Shown here in pieces: positions 11,101-25,500 of a stretch of DNA of 64,000 nucleotides. This DNA comes from Auanema rhodensis (lineage: Eukaryota > Animalia > Nematoda), in assembly GCA_964057225.1 (NCBI GenBank), contig OZ059894.1, positions 24,304,001-24,368,000 on the forward strand. The letters run 5' to 3'. The notes under the pieces were generated by a model. That model did not search any database and was not told the DNA's origin. It saw only the letters and a program-made list of their open reading frames with translations. A program made the position numbers and the translations under genes. Every line of letters begins with the position of its first letter. The first letter of the stretch is position 1.

Positions 11101-14100
11101 AATGTACACGTGATGTGCACTTGGTATGTAACTCGCTTCACGTGAAAGATAAAGAGATGCGGTTTTCAAAATTAGATTCCCCATGTCCATATTAGTCTAA
11201 AAACAAATTTTTATTGATATTGGTTCATGGTAACCATGACTTTGAAATTTACGTGAACTTTAATTTATGCTAATTAAATGTACACGTGATGTGCACTTGG
11301 TATGTAACTCGCTTCACGTGAAAGATAAAGAGATGCGGTTTTCAAAATTAGATTCCCCATGTCCATATTAGTCTAAAAACAAATTTTTATTGATATTGCT
11401 TCATGGTAACCATGACTTTGAAATTTACGTGAACTTTAATTTATGCTAATTAAATGTACACGTGATGTGCACTTGGTATGTAACTCGCTTCACGTGAAAG
11501 ATAAAGAGATGCGGTTTTCAAAATTAGATTCCCCATGTCCATATTAGTCTAAAAACAAATTTTTATTGATATTGGTGCATGGTAACCATGACTTTGAAAT
11601 TTACGTGAACTTTAATTTATGCTAATTAAATGTACACGTGATGTGCACTTGGTATGTAACTCGCTTCACGTGAAAGATAAAGAGATGCGGTTTTCAAAAT
11701 TAGATTCCCCATGTCCATATTAGTCTAAAAACAAATTTTTATTGATATTGGTGCATGGTAACCATGACTTTGAAATTTACGTGAACTTTAATTTATGCTA
11801 ATTAAATGTACACGTGATGTGCACTTGGTATGTAACTCGCTTCACGTGAAAGATAAAGAGATGCGGTTTTCAAAATTAGATTCCCCATGTCCATATTAGT
11901 CTAAAAACAAATTTTTATTGATATTGGTTCATGGTAACCATGACTTTGAAATTTACGTGAACTTTAATTTATGCTAATTAAATGTACACGTGATGTGCAC
12001 TTGGTATGTAACTCGCTTCACGTGAAAGATAAAGAGATGCGGTTTTCAAAATTAGATTCCCCATGTCCATATTAGTCTAAAAACAAATTTTTATTGATAT
12101 TGGTTCATGGTAACCATGACTTTGAAATTTACGTGAACTTTAATTTATGCTAATTAAATGTACACGTGATGTGCCCTTGGTATGTAACTCGCTTCACGTG
12201 AAAGATAAAGAGATGCGGTTTTCAAAATTAGATTCCCCATGTCCATATTAGTCTAAAAACAAATTTTTATTGATATTGGTGCATGGTAACCATGACTTTG
12301 AAATTTACGTGAACTTTAATTTATGCTAATTAAATGTACACGTGATGTGCACTTGGTATGTAACTCGCTTCACGTGAAAGATAAAGAGATGCGGTTTTCA
12401 AAATTAGATTCCCCATGTCCATATTAGTCTAAAAACAAATTTTTATTGATATTGGTTCATGGTAACCATGACTTTGAAATTTACGTGAACTTTAATTTAT
12501 GCTAATTAAATGTACACGTGATGTGCACTTGGTATGTAACTCGCTTCACGTGAAAGATAAAGAGATGCGGTTTTCAAAATTAGATTCCCCATGTCCATAT
12601 TAGTCTAAAAACAAATTTTTATTGATATTGGTTCATGGTAACCATGACTTTGAAATTTACGTGAACTTCAATTTATGCTAATTAAATGTACACGTGATGT
12701 GCACTTGGTATGTAACTCGCTTCACGTGAAAGATAAAGAGATGCGGTTTTCAAAATTAGATTCCCCATGTCCATATCAGTCTAAAAACAAATTTTTATTG
12801 ATATTGGTTCATGGTAACCATGACTTTGAAATTTACGTGAACTTTAATTTATGCTAATTAAATGTACACGTGATGTGCACTTGGTATGTAACTCGCTTCA
12901 CGTGAAAGATAAAGAGATGCGGTTTTCAAAATTAGATTCCCCATGTCCATATTAGTCTAAAAACAAATTTTTATTGATATTGGTGCATGGTAACCATGAC
13001 TTTGAAATTTACGTGAACTTTAATTTATGCTAATTAAATGTACACGTGATGTGCACTTGGTATGTAACTCGCTTCACGTGAAAGATAAAGAGATGCGGTT
13101 TTCAAAATTAGATTCCCCATGTCCATATTAGTCTAAAAACAAATTTTTATTGATATTGGTTCATAGTAACCATGACTTTGAAATTTACGTGAACTTCAAT
13201 TTATGCTAATTAAATGTACACGTGATGTGCACTTGGTATGTAACTCGCTTCACGTGAAAGATGAAGAGATGCGGTTTTCAAAATTAGATTCCCTATGTCC
13301 ATATTAGTCTAAAAACAAATTTTTATTGATATTGGTTCATGGTAACCATGACTTTGTAATTTACGTGAACTTTAATTTATGCTAATTAAATGTACACGTG
13401 ATGTGCACTTGGTATGTAACTCGCTTCACGTGAAAGATAAAGAGATGCGGTTTTCAAAATTAGATTGCCCATGTCCATATTAGTCTAAAAACAAATTTTT
13501 ATTGATATTGGTGCATGGTAACCATGACTTTGAAATTTACGTGAACTTTAATTTATGCTAATTAAATGTACACGTGATGTGCCCTTGGTATGTAACTCGC
13601 TTCACGTGAAAGATAAAGAGATGCGGTTTTCAAAATTAGATTCCCCATGTCCATATTAGTCTAAAAACAAATTTTTATTGATATTGGTGCATGGTAACCA
13701 TGACTTTGAAATTTACGTGAACTTTAATTTATGCTAATTAAATGTACACGTGATGTGCACTTGGTATGTAACTCGCTTCACGTGAAAGATAAAGAGATGC
13801 GGTTTTCAAAATTAGATTCCCCATGTCCATATTAGTCTAAAAACAAATTTTTATTGATATTGGTTCATGGTAACCATGACTTTGAAATTTACGTGAACTT
13901 TAATTTATGCTAATTAAATGTACACGTGATGTGCACTTGGTATGTAACTCGCTTCACGTGAAAGATAAAGAGATGCGGTTTTCAAAATTAGATTCCCCAT
14001 GTCCATATTAGTCTAAAAACAAATTTTTATTGATATTGGTGCATGGTAACCATGACTTTGAAATTTACGTGAACTTTAATTTATGCTAATTAAATGTACA

Positions 14101-17100
14101 CGTGATGTGCACTTGGTATGTAACTCGCTTCACGTGAAAGATGAAGAGATGCGGTTTTCAAAATTAGATTCCCCATGTCCATATTAGTCTAAAAACAAAT
14201 TTTTATTGATATTGGTGCATGGTAACCATGACTTTGAAATTTACGTGAACTTTAATTTATGCTAATTAAATGTACACGTGATGTGCACTTGGTATGTAAC
14301 TCGCTTCACGTGAAAGATAAAGAGATGCGGTTTTCAAAATTAAATTTCCCATGTCCATATTAGTCTAAAAACAAATTTTTATTGATATTGGTGCATGGTA
14401 ACCATGACTTTGAAATTTACGTGAACTTTAATTTATGCTAATTAAATGTACACGTGATGTGCACTTGGTATGTAACTCGCTTCACGTGAAAGATGAAGAG
14501 ATGCGGTTTTCAAAATTAGATTCCCTATGTCCATATTAGTCTAAAAACAAATTTTTATTGATATTGGTGCATGGTAACCATGACTTTGAAATTTACGTGA
14601 ACTTTAATTTATGCTAATTAAATGTACACGTGATGTGCACTTGGTATGTAACTCGCTTCACGTGAAAGATAAAAAGATGCGGTTTTCAAAATTAAATTTC
14701 CCATGTCCATATTAGTCTAAAAAAAAATTTTTATTGATATTGGTGCATGGTAACCATGACTTTGAAATTTACGTGAACTTTAATTTATGCTAATTAAATG
14801 TACACGTGATGTGCACTTGGTATGTAACTCGCTTCACGTGAAAGATAAAAAGATGCGGTTTTCAAAATTAGATTCCCCATGTCCATATTAGTCTAAAAAC
14901 AAATTTTTATTGATATTGGTGCATGGTAACCATGACTTTGAAATTTACGTGAACTTTAATTTATGCTAATTAAATGTACACGTGATGTGCACTTGGTATG
15001 TAACTCGCTTCACGTGAAAGATAAAAAGATGCGGTTTTCAAAATTAAATTTCCCATGTCCATATTAGTCTAAAAAAAAATTTTTATTGATATTGGTGCAT
15101 GGTAACCATGACTTTGAAATTTACGTGAACTTTAATTTATGCTAATTAAATGTACACGTGATGTGCACTTGGTATGTAACTCGCTTCACGTGAAAGATAA
15201 AGAGATGCGGTTTTCAAATATAGATTCCCCATGTCCATATTAGTCTAAAAACAAATTTTTATTGATATTGGTTCATGGTAACCATGACTTTGAAATTTAC
15301 GTGAACTTTAATTTATGCTAATTAAATGTACACGTGATGGGCACTTGGTATGTAACTCGCTTCACGTGAAAGATAAAGAGATGCGGTTTTCAAAATTAGA
15401 TTCCCCATGTCCATATTAGTCTAAAAACAAATTTTTATTGATATTGGTGCATGGTAACCATGACTTTGAAATTTACGTGAACTTCAATTTATGCTAATTA
15501 AATGTACACGTGATGTGCACTTGGTATGTAACTCGCTTCACGTGAAAGATGAAGAGATGCGGTTTTCAAAATTAGATTCCCTATGTCCATATTAGTCTAA
15601 AAACAAATTTTTATTGATATTGGTTCATGGTAACCATGACTTTGAAATTCACGTGAACTTTAATTTATGCTAATTAAATGTACACGTGATGTGCACTTGG
15701 TATGTAACTCGCTTCACGTGAAAGATAAAGAGATGCGGTTTTCAAAATTAGATTCCCCATGTCCATATTAGTCTAAAAACAAATTTCTATTGATATTGGT
15801 GCATGGTAACCATGACTTTGAAATTTACGTGAACTTTAATTTATGCTAATTAAATGTACACGTGATGTGCACTTGGTATGTAACTCGCTTCACGTGAAAG
15901 ATAAAAAGATGCGGTTTTCAAAATTAGATTCCCCATGTCCATATTAGTTTAAAAACAAATTTTTATTGATATTGGTGCATGGTAACCATGACTTTGAAAT
16001 TTAGGTGAACTTTAATTTATGCTAATTAAATGTACACGTGATGTGCACTTGGTATGTAACTCGCTTCACGTGAAAGATAAAGAGATGCGGTTTTCAAAAT
16101 TAGATTCCCCATGTCCATATTAGTCTAAAAACAAATTTTTATTGATATTGGTTCATGGTAACCATGACTTTGAAATTTACGTGAACTTCAATTTATGCTA
16201 ATTAAATGTACACGTGATGTGCACTTGGTATGTAACTCGCTTCACGTGAAAGATGAAGAGATGCGGTTTTCAAAATTAGATTCCCTATGTCCATATTAGT
16301 CTAAAAACAAATTTTTATTGATATTGGTTCATGGTAACCATGACTTTGAAATTTACGTGAACTTTAATTTATGCTAATTAAATGTACACGTGATGGGCAC
16401 TTGGTATGTAACTCGCTTCACGTGAGAGATAAAGAGATGCGGTTTTCAAAATTAGATTCCCCATGTCCATATTAGTCTAAAAACAAATTTTTATTGATAT
16501 TGGTGCATGGTAACCATGACTTTGAAATTTACGTGAACTTTAATTTATGCTAATTAAATGTACACGTGATGTGCACTTGGTATGTAACTCGCTTCACGTG
16601 AAAGATAAAGAGATGCGGTTTTCAAAATTAGATTCCCCATGTCCATATTAGTCTAAAAACAAATTTTTATTGATATTGGTGCATGGTAACCATGACTTTG
16701 AAATTTACGTGAACTTTAATTTATGCTAATTAAATGTACACGTGATGTGCACTTGGTATGTAACTCGCTTCACGTGAAAGATAAAGAGATGCGGTTTTCA
16801 AAATTAGATTCCCCATGTCCATATTAGTCTAAAAACAAATTTTTATTGATATTGGTTCATGGTAACCATGACTTTGAAATTTACGTGAACTTTAATTTAT
16901 GCTAATTAAATGTACACGTGATGTGCACTTGGAATGTAACTCGCTTCACGTGAAAGATAAAGAGATGCGGTTTTCAAAATTAGATTCCCCATGTCCATAT
17001 TAGTCTAAAAACAAATTTTTATTGATATTGGTGCATGGTAACCATGACTTTGAAATTTACGTGAACTTTAATTTATGCTAATTAAATGTACACGTGATGT

Positions 17101-19536
17101 GCCCTCGGTATGTAACTCGCTTCACGTGAAAGATAAAGAGATGCGGTTTTCAAAATTAGATTCCCCATGTCCATATTAGTCTAAAAACAAATTTTTATTG
17201 ATATTGGTGCATGGTAACCATGACTTTGAAATTTACGTGAACTTTAATTTATGCTAATTAAATGTACACGTGATGTGCACTTGGTATGTAACTCGCTTCA
17301 CGTGAAAGATAAAGAAATGCGGTTTTCAAAATTAGATTCCCCATGTCCATATTAGTCTAAAAACAAATTTTTATTGATATTGGTGCATGGTAACCATGAC
17401 TTTGAAATTTACGTGAACTTTAATTCATGCTAATTAAATGTACACGTGATGTGCACTCGGTATGTAACTCGCTTCACGTAAAAGATAAAGAGATGCGGTT
17501 TTCAAAATTAAATTTCCCATGTCCATATTAGTCTAAAAACAAATTTTTATTGATATTGGTGCATGGTAACCATGACTTTGAAATTTACGTGAACTTTAAT
17601 TTATGCTAATTAAATGTACACGTGATGTGCACTTGGTATGTAACTCGCTTCACGTGAAAGATAAAGAGATGCGGTTTTCAAAATTAGATTCCCCATGTCC
17701 ATATTAGTCTAAAAACAAATTTTTATTGATATTGGTTCATGGTAACCATGACTTTGAAATTTACGTGAACTTTAATTTATGCTAATTAAATGTACACGTG
17801 ATGTGCACTTGGTATGTAACTCGCTTCACGTGAAAGATAAAGAGATGCGGTTTTCAAAATTAGATTCCCCCTGTCCATATTAGTCTAAAAACAAATTTTT
17901 ATTGATATTGGTTCATGGTAACCATGACTTTGAAATTTACGTGAACTTTAATTTATGCTAATTAAATGTACACGTGATGTGCACTTGGTATGTAACTCGC
18001 TTCACGTGAAAGATAAAGAGATGCGGTTTTCAAAATTAGATTCCCCATGTCCATATTAGTCTAAAAACAAATTTTTATTGATATTGGTTCATGGTAACCA
18101 TGACTTTGAAATTTACGTGAACTTTAATTTATGCTAATTAAATGTACACGTGATGTGCACTTGGTATGTAACTCGCTTCACGTGAAAGATAAAGAGATGC
18201 GGTTTTCAAAATTAGATTCCCCATGTCCATATTAGTCTAAAAACAAATTTTTATTGATATTGGTTCATGGTAACCATGACTTTGAAATTTACGTGAACTT
18301 TAATTTATGCTAATTAAATGTACACGTGATGTGCACTTGGTATGTAACTCGCTTCACGTGAAAGATAAAGAGATGCGGTTTTCAAAATTAGATTCCCCCT
18401 GTCCATATTAGTCTAAAAACAAATTTTTATTGATATTGGTTCATGGTAACCATGACTTTGAAATTTACGTGAACTTTAATTTATGCTAATTAAATGTACA
18501 CGTGATGTGCACTTGGTATGTAACTCGCTTCACGTGAAAGATAAAGAGATGCGGTTTTCAAAATTAGATTCCCCATGTCCATATTAGTCTAAAAACAAAT
18601 TTTTATTGATATTGGTTCATGGTAACCATGACTTTGAAATTTACGTGAACTTTAATTTATGCTAATTAAATGTACACGTGATGTGCACTTGGTATGTAAC
18701 TCGCTTCACGTGAAAGATAAAGAGATGCGGTTTTCAAAATTAGATTCCCCATGTCCATATTATACTAAAAACAAGTTTTTATTGATATTGGTTCATGGTA
18801 ACCATGACTTTGAAATTTACGTGAACTTCAATTTATGCTAATTAAATGTACACGTGATGTGCACTTGGTATGTAACTCGCTTCACGTGAAAGATAAAGAG
18901 ATGCGGTTTTCAAAATTAGATTCCCCATGTCCATATTAGTCTAAAAACAAATTTTTATTGATATTGGTTCATGGTAACCATGACTTTGAAATTTACGTGA
19001 ACTTTAATTTATGCTAATTAAATGTACACGTGATGTGCACTTGGTATGTAACTCGCTTCACGTGAAAGATAAAGAGATGCGGTTTTCAAAATTAGATTCC
19101 CCATGTCCATATTAGTCTAAAAACAAATTTTTATTGATATTGGTGCATGGTAACCATGACTTTGAAATTTACGTGAACTTTAATTTATGCTAATTAAATG
19201 TACACGTGATGTGCACTTGGTATGTAACTCGCTTCACGTGAAAGATAAAGAGATGCGGTTTTCAAAATTAGATTCCCCATGTCCATATTAGTCTAAAAAC
19301 AAATTTTTATTGATATTGGTTCATGGTAACCATGACTTTGAAATTTACGTGAACTTCAATTTATGCTAATTAAATGTACACGTGATGTGCACTTGGTATG
19401 TAACTCGCTTCACGTGAAAGATGAAGAGATGCGGTTTTCAAAATTAGATTCCCTATGTCCATATTAGTCTAAAAACAAATTTTTATTGATATTGGTTCAT
19501 GGTAACCATGACTTTGAAATTTACGTGAACTTTAAT

Positions 19537-22500
19537 TTATGCTAATTAAATGTACACGTGATGTGCACTTGGTATGTAACTCGCTTCACGTGAAAGATAA
19601 AGAGATGCGGTTTTCAAAATTAGATTGCCCATGTCCATATTAGTCTAAAAACAAATTTTTATTGATATTGGTGCATGGTAACCATGACTTTGAAATTTAC
19701 GTGAACTTTAATTTATGCTAATTAAATGTACACGTGATGTGCCCTTGGTATGTAACTCGCTTCACGTGAAAGATAAAGAGATGCGGTTTTCAAAATTAGA
19801 TTCCCCATGTCCATATTAGTCTAAAAACAAATTTTTATTGATATTGGTGCATGGTAACCATGACTTTGAAATTTACGTGAACTTTAATTTATGCTAATTA
19901 AATGTACACGTGATGTGCACTTGGTATGTAACTCGCTTCACGTGAAAGATAAAGAGATGCGGTTTTCAAAATTAGATTCCCCATGTCCATATTAGTCTAA
20001 AAACAAATTTTTATTGATATTGGTTCATGGTAACCATGACTTTGAAATTTACGTGAACTTTAATTTATGCTAATTAAATGTACACGTGATGTGCACTTGG
20101 TATGTAACTCGCTTCACGTGAAAGATAAAGAGATGCGGTTTTCAAAATTAGATTCCCCATGTCCATATTAGTCTAAAAACAAATTTTTATTGATATTGGT
20201 GCATGGTAACCATGACTTTGAAATTTACGTGAACTTTAATTTATGCTAATTAAATGTACACGTGATGTGCACTTGGTATGTAACTCGCTTCACGTGAAAG
20301 ATAAAGAGATGCGGTTTTCAAAATTAGATTCCCCATGTCCATATTAGTCTAAAAACAAATTTTTATTGATATTGGTGCATGGTAACCATGACTTTGAAAT
20401 TTACGTGAACTTTAATTTATGCTAATTAAATGTACACGTGATGTGCACTTGGTATGTAACTCGCTTCACGTGAAAGATAAAGAGATGCGGTTTTCAAAAT
20501 TAAATTTCCCATGTCCATATTAGTCTAAAAACAAATTTTTATTGATATTGGTGCATGGTAACCATGACTTTGAAATTTACGTGAACTTTAATTTATGCTA
20601 ATTAAATGTACACGTGATGTGCACTTGGTATGTAACTCGCTTCACGTGAAAGATAAAGAGATGCGGTTTTCAAAATTAGATTCCCCATGTCCATATTAGT
20701 CTAAAAACAAATTTTTATTGATATTGGTTCATGGTAACCATGACTTTGAAATTTACGTGAACTTTAATTTATGCTAATTAAATGTACACGTGATGTGCAC
20801 TTGGTATGTAACTCGCTTCACGTTAAAGATAAAGAGATGCGGTTTTCAAAATTAGATTCCCCATGTCCATATTAGTCTAAAAACAAATTTTTATTGATAT
20901 TGGTTCATGGTAACCATGACTTTGAAATTTACGTGAACTTTAATTTATGCTAATTAAATGTACACGTGATGTGCACTTGGTATGTAACTCGCTTCACGTG
21001 AAAGATAAAGAGATGCGGTTTTCAAAATTAGATTCCCCATGTCCATATTAGTCTAAAAACAAATTTTTATTGATATTGGTTCATGGTAACCATGACTTTG
21101 AAATTTACGTGAACTTTAATTTATGCTAATTAAATGTACACGTGATGTGCACTTGGTATGTAACTCGCTTCACGTGAAAGATAAAGAGATGCGGTTTTCA
21201 AAATTAGATTCCCCATGTCCATATTAGTCTAAAAACAAATTTTTATTGATATTGGTGCATGGTAACCATGACTTTGAAATTTACGTGAACTTTAATTTAT
21301 GCTAATTAAATGTACACGTGATGTGCACTTGGTATGTAACTCGCTTCACGTGAAAGATAAAGAGATGCGGTTTTCAAAATTAGATTCCCCATGTCCATAT
21401 TAGTCTAAAAACAAATTTTTATTGATATTGGTGCATGGTAACCATGACTTTGAAATTTACGTGAACTTTAATTTATGCTAATTAAATGTACACGTGATGT
21501 GCACTTGGTATGTAACTCGCTTCACGTGAAAGATAAAGAGATGCGGTTTTCAAAATTAAATTTCCCATGTCCATATTAGTCTAAAAACAAATTTTTATTG
21601 ATATTGGTGCATGGTAACCATGACTTTGAAATTTACGTGAACTTTAATTTATGCTAATTAAATGTACACGTGATGTGCACTTGGTATGTAACTCGCTTCA
21701 CGTGAAAGATAAAGAGATGCGGTTTTCAAAATTAGATTCCCCATGTCCATATTAGTCTAAAAACAAATTTTTATTGATATTGGTTCATGGTAACCATGAC
21801 TTTGAAATTTACGTGAACTTTAATTTATGCTAATTAAATGTACACGTGATGTGCACTTGGTATGTAACTCGCTTCACGTTAAAGATAAAGAGATGCGGTT
21901 TTCAAAATTAGATTCCCCATGTCCATATTAGTCTAAAAACAAATTTTTATTGATATTGGTTCATGGTAACCATGACTTTGAAATTTACGTGAACTTTAAT
22001 TTATGCTAATTAAATGTACACGTGATGTGCACTTGGTATGTAACTCGCTTCACGTTAAAGATAAAGAGATGCGGTTTTCAAAATTAGATTCCCCCTGTCC
22101 ATATTAGTCTAAAAACAAATTTTTATTGATATTGGTTCATGGTAACCATGACTTTGAAATTTACGTGAACTTTAATTTATGCTAATTAAATGTACACGTG
22201 ATGTGCACTTGGTATGTAACTCGCTTCACGTGAAAGATAAAGAGATGCGGTTTTCAAAATTAGATTCCTCATGTCCATATTAGTCTAAAAACAAATTTTT
22301 ATTGATATTGGTTCATGGTAACCATGACTTTGAAATTTACGTGAACTTCAATTTATGCTAATTAAATGTACACGTGATGTGCACTTGGTATGTAACTCGC
22401 TTCACGTGAAAGATAAAGAGATGCGGTTTTCAAAATTAGATTCCTCATGTCCATATTAGTCTAAAAACAAATTTTTATTGATATTGGTTCATGGTAACCA

Positions 22501-25500
22501 TGACTTTGAAATTTACGTGAACTTCAATTTATGCTAATTAAATGTACACGTGATGTGCACTTGGTATGTAACTCGCTTCACGTGAAAGATGAAGAGATGC
22601 GGTTTTCAAAATTAGATTCCCTATGTCCATATTAGTCTAAAAACAAATTTTTATTGATATTGGTTCATGGTAACCATGACTTTGAAATTTACGTGAACTT
22701 TAATTTATGCTAATTAAATGTACACGTGATGTGCACTTGGTATGTAACTCGCTTCACGTGAAAGATAAAGAGATGCGGTTTTCAAAATTAGATTCCCCAT
22801 GTCCATATTAGTCTAAAAACAAATGTTTATTGATATTGGTTCATGGTAACCATGACTTTGAAATTTACGTGAACTTTAATTTATGCTAATTAAATGTACA
22901 CGTGATGTGCACTTGGTATGTAACTCGCTTCACGTGAAAGATAAAGAGATGCGGTTTTCAAAATTAGATTCTTCATGTCCATATTAGTCTAAAAACAAAT
23001 TTTTATTGATATTGGTTCATGGTAACCATGACTTTGAAATTTACGTGAACTTTAATTTATGCTAATTAAATGTACACGTGATGTGCACTTGGTATGTAAC
23101 TCGCTTCACGTGAAAGATAAAGAGATGCGGTTTTCAAAATTAAATTTCCCATGTCCATATTAGTCTAAAAACAAATTTTTATTGATATTGGTGCATGGTA
23201 ACCATGACTTTGAAATTTACGTGAACTTTAATTTATGCTAATTAAATGTACACGTGATGTGCACTTGGTATGTAACTCGCTTCACGTGAAAGATAAAGAG
23301 ATGCGGTTTTCAAAATTAGATTCCCCATGTCCATATTAGTCTAAAAACAAATTTTTATTGATATTGGTTCATGGTAACCATGACTTTGAAATTTACGTGA
23401 ACTTTAATTTATGCTAATTAAATGTACACGTGATGTGCACTTGGTATGTAACTCGCTTCACGTTAAAGATAAAGAGATGCGGTTTTCAAAATTAGATTCC
23501 CCATGTCCATATTAGTCTAAAAACAAATTTTTATTGATATTGGTTCATGGTAACCATGACTTTGAAATTTACGTGAACTTTAATTTATGCTAATTAAATG
23601 TACACGTGATGTGCACTTGGTATGTAACTCGCTTCACGTTAAAGATAAAGAGATGCGGTTTTCAAAATTAGATTCCCCCTGTCCATATTAGTCTAAAAAC
23701 AAATTTTTATTGATATTGGTTCATGGTAACCATGACTTTGAAATTTACGTGAACTTTAATTTATGCTAATTAAATGTACACGTGATGTGCACTTGGTATG
23801 TAACTCGCTTCACGTGAAAGATAAAGAGATGCGGTTTTCAAAATTAGATTCCTCATGTCCATATTAGTCTAAAAACAAATTTTTATTGATATTGGTTCAT
23901 GGTAACCATGACTTTGAAATTTACGTGAACTTCAATTTATGCTAATTAAATGTACACGTGATGTGCACTTGGTATGTAACTCGCTTCACGTGAAAGATAA
24001 AGAGATGCGGTTTTCAAAATTAGATTCCTCATGTCCATATTAGTCTAAAAACAAATTTTTATTGATATTGGTTCATGGTAACCATGACTTTGAAATTTAC
24101 GTGAACTTCAATTTATGCTAATTAAATGTACACGTGATGTGCACTTGGTATGTAACTCGCTTCACGTGAAAGATGAAGAGATGCGGTTTTCAAAATTAGA
24201 TTCCCTATGTCCATATTAGTCTAAAAACAAATTTTTATTGATATTGGTTCATGGTAACCATGACTTTGAAATTTACGTGAACTTTAATTTATGCTAATTA
24301 AATGTACACGTGATGTGCACTTGGTATGTAACTCGCTTCACGTGAAAGATAAAGAGATGCGGTTTTCAAAATTAGATTCCCCATGTCCATATTAGTCTAA
24401 AAACAAATGTTTATTGATATTGGTTCATGGTAACCATGACTTTGAAATTTACGTGAACTTTAATTTATGCTAATTAAATGTACACGTGATGTGCACTTGG
24501 TATGTAACTCGCTTCACGTGAAAGATAAAGAGATGCGGTTTTCAAAATTAGATTCTTCATGTCCATATTAGTCTAAAAACAAATTTTTATTGATATTGGT
24601 TCATGGTAACCATGACTTTGAAATTTACGTGAACTTTAATTTATGCTAATTAAATGTACACGTGATGTGCACTTGGTATGTAACTCGCTTCACGTGAAAG
24701 ATAAAGAGATGCGGTTTTCAAAATTAGATTCCCCATGTCCATATTAGTCTAAAAACAAATTTTTATTGATATTGGTTCATGGTAACCATGACTTTGAAAT
24801 TCACGTGAACTTCAATTTATGCTAATTAAATGTACACGTGATGTGCACTTGGTATGTAACTCGCTTCACGTGAAAGATAAAGAGATGCGGTTTTCAAAAT
24901 TAGATTCCCCATGTCCATATTAGTCTAAAAACAAATTTTTATTGATATTGGTTCATGGTAACCATGACTTTGAAATTTACGTGAACTTCAATTTATGCTA
25001 ATTAAATGTACACGTGATGTTCACTTGGTATGTAACTCGCTTCACGTGAAAGATAAAGAGATGCGGTTTTCAAAATTAGATTCCCCATGTCCATATTAGT
25101 CTAAAAACAAATTTTTATTGATATTGGTTCATGGTAACCATGACTTTGAACTTTACGTGAACTTTAATTTATGCTAATTAAATGTACACGTGATGTGCAC
25201 TTGGTATGTAACTCGCTTCACGTGAAAGATAAAGAGATGCGGTTTTCAAAATTAGATTCCCCATGTCCATATTAGTCTAAAAACAAATTTTTATTGATAT
25301 TGGTGCATGGTAACCATGACTTTGAAATTTACGTGAACTTTAATTTATGCTAATTAAATGTACACGTGATGTGCACTTGGTATGTAACTCGCTTCACGTG
25401 AAAGATGAAGAGATGCGGTTTTCAAAATTAGATTCCCTATGTCCATATTAGTCTAAAAACAAATTTTTATTGATATTGGTTCATGGTAACCATGACTTTG

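Noticed and set aside
12675-12857. 60-aa ORF MLIKCTRDVH...
   Set aside because: It is one satellite monomer in which the usual TAG (positions 105-107) became CAG at 12777. All but two monomers keep the stop, 176 is not a multiple of 3, and I recognise no protein family.
18659-18841. Second 60-aa ORF
   Set aside because: Same frame, opened independently by TAG>TAT at 18763. Two stop losses in 363 copies do not indicate coding selection.
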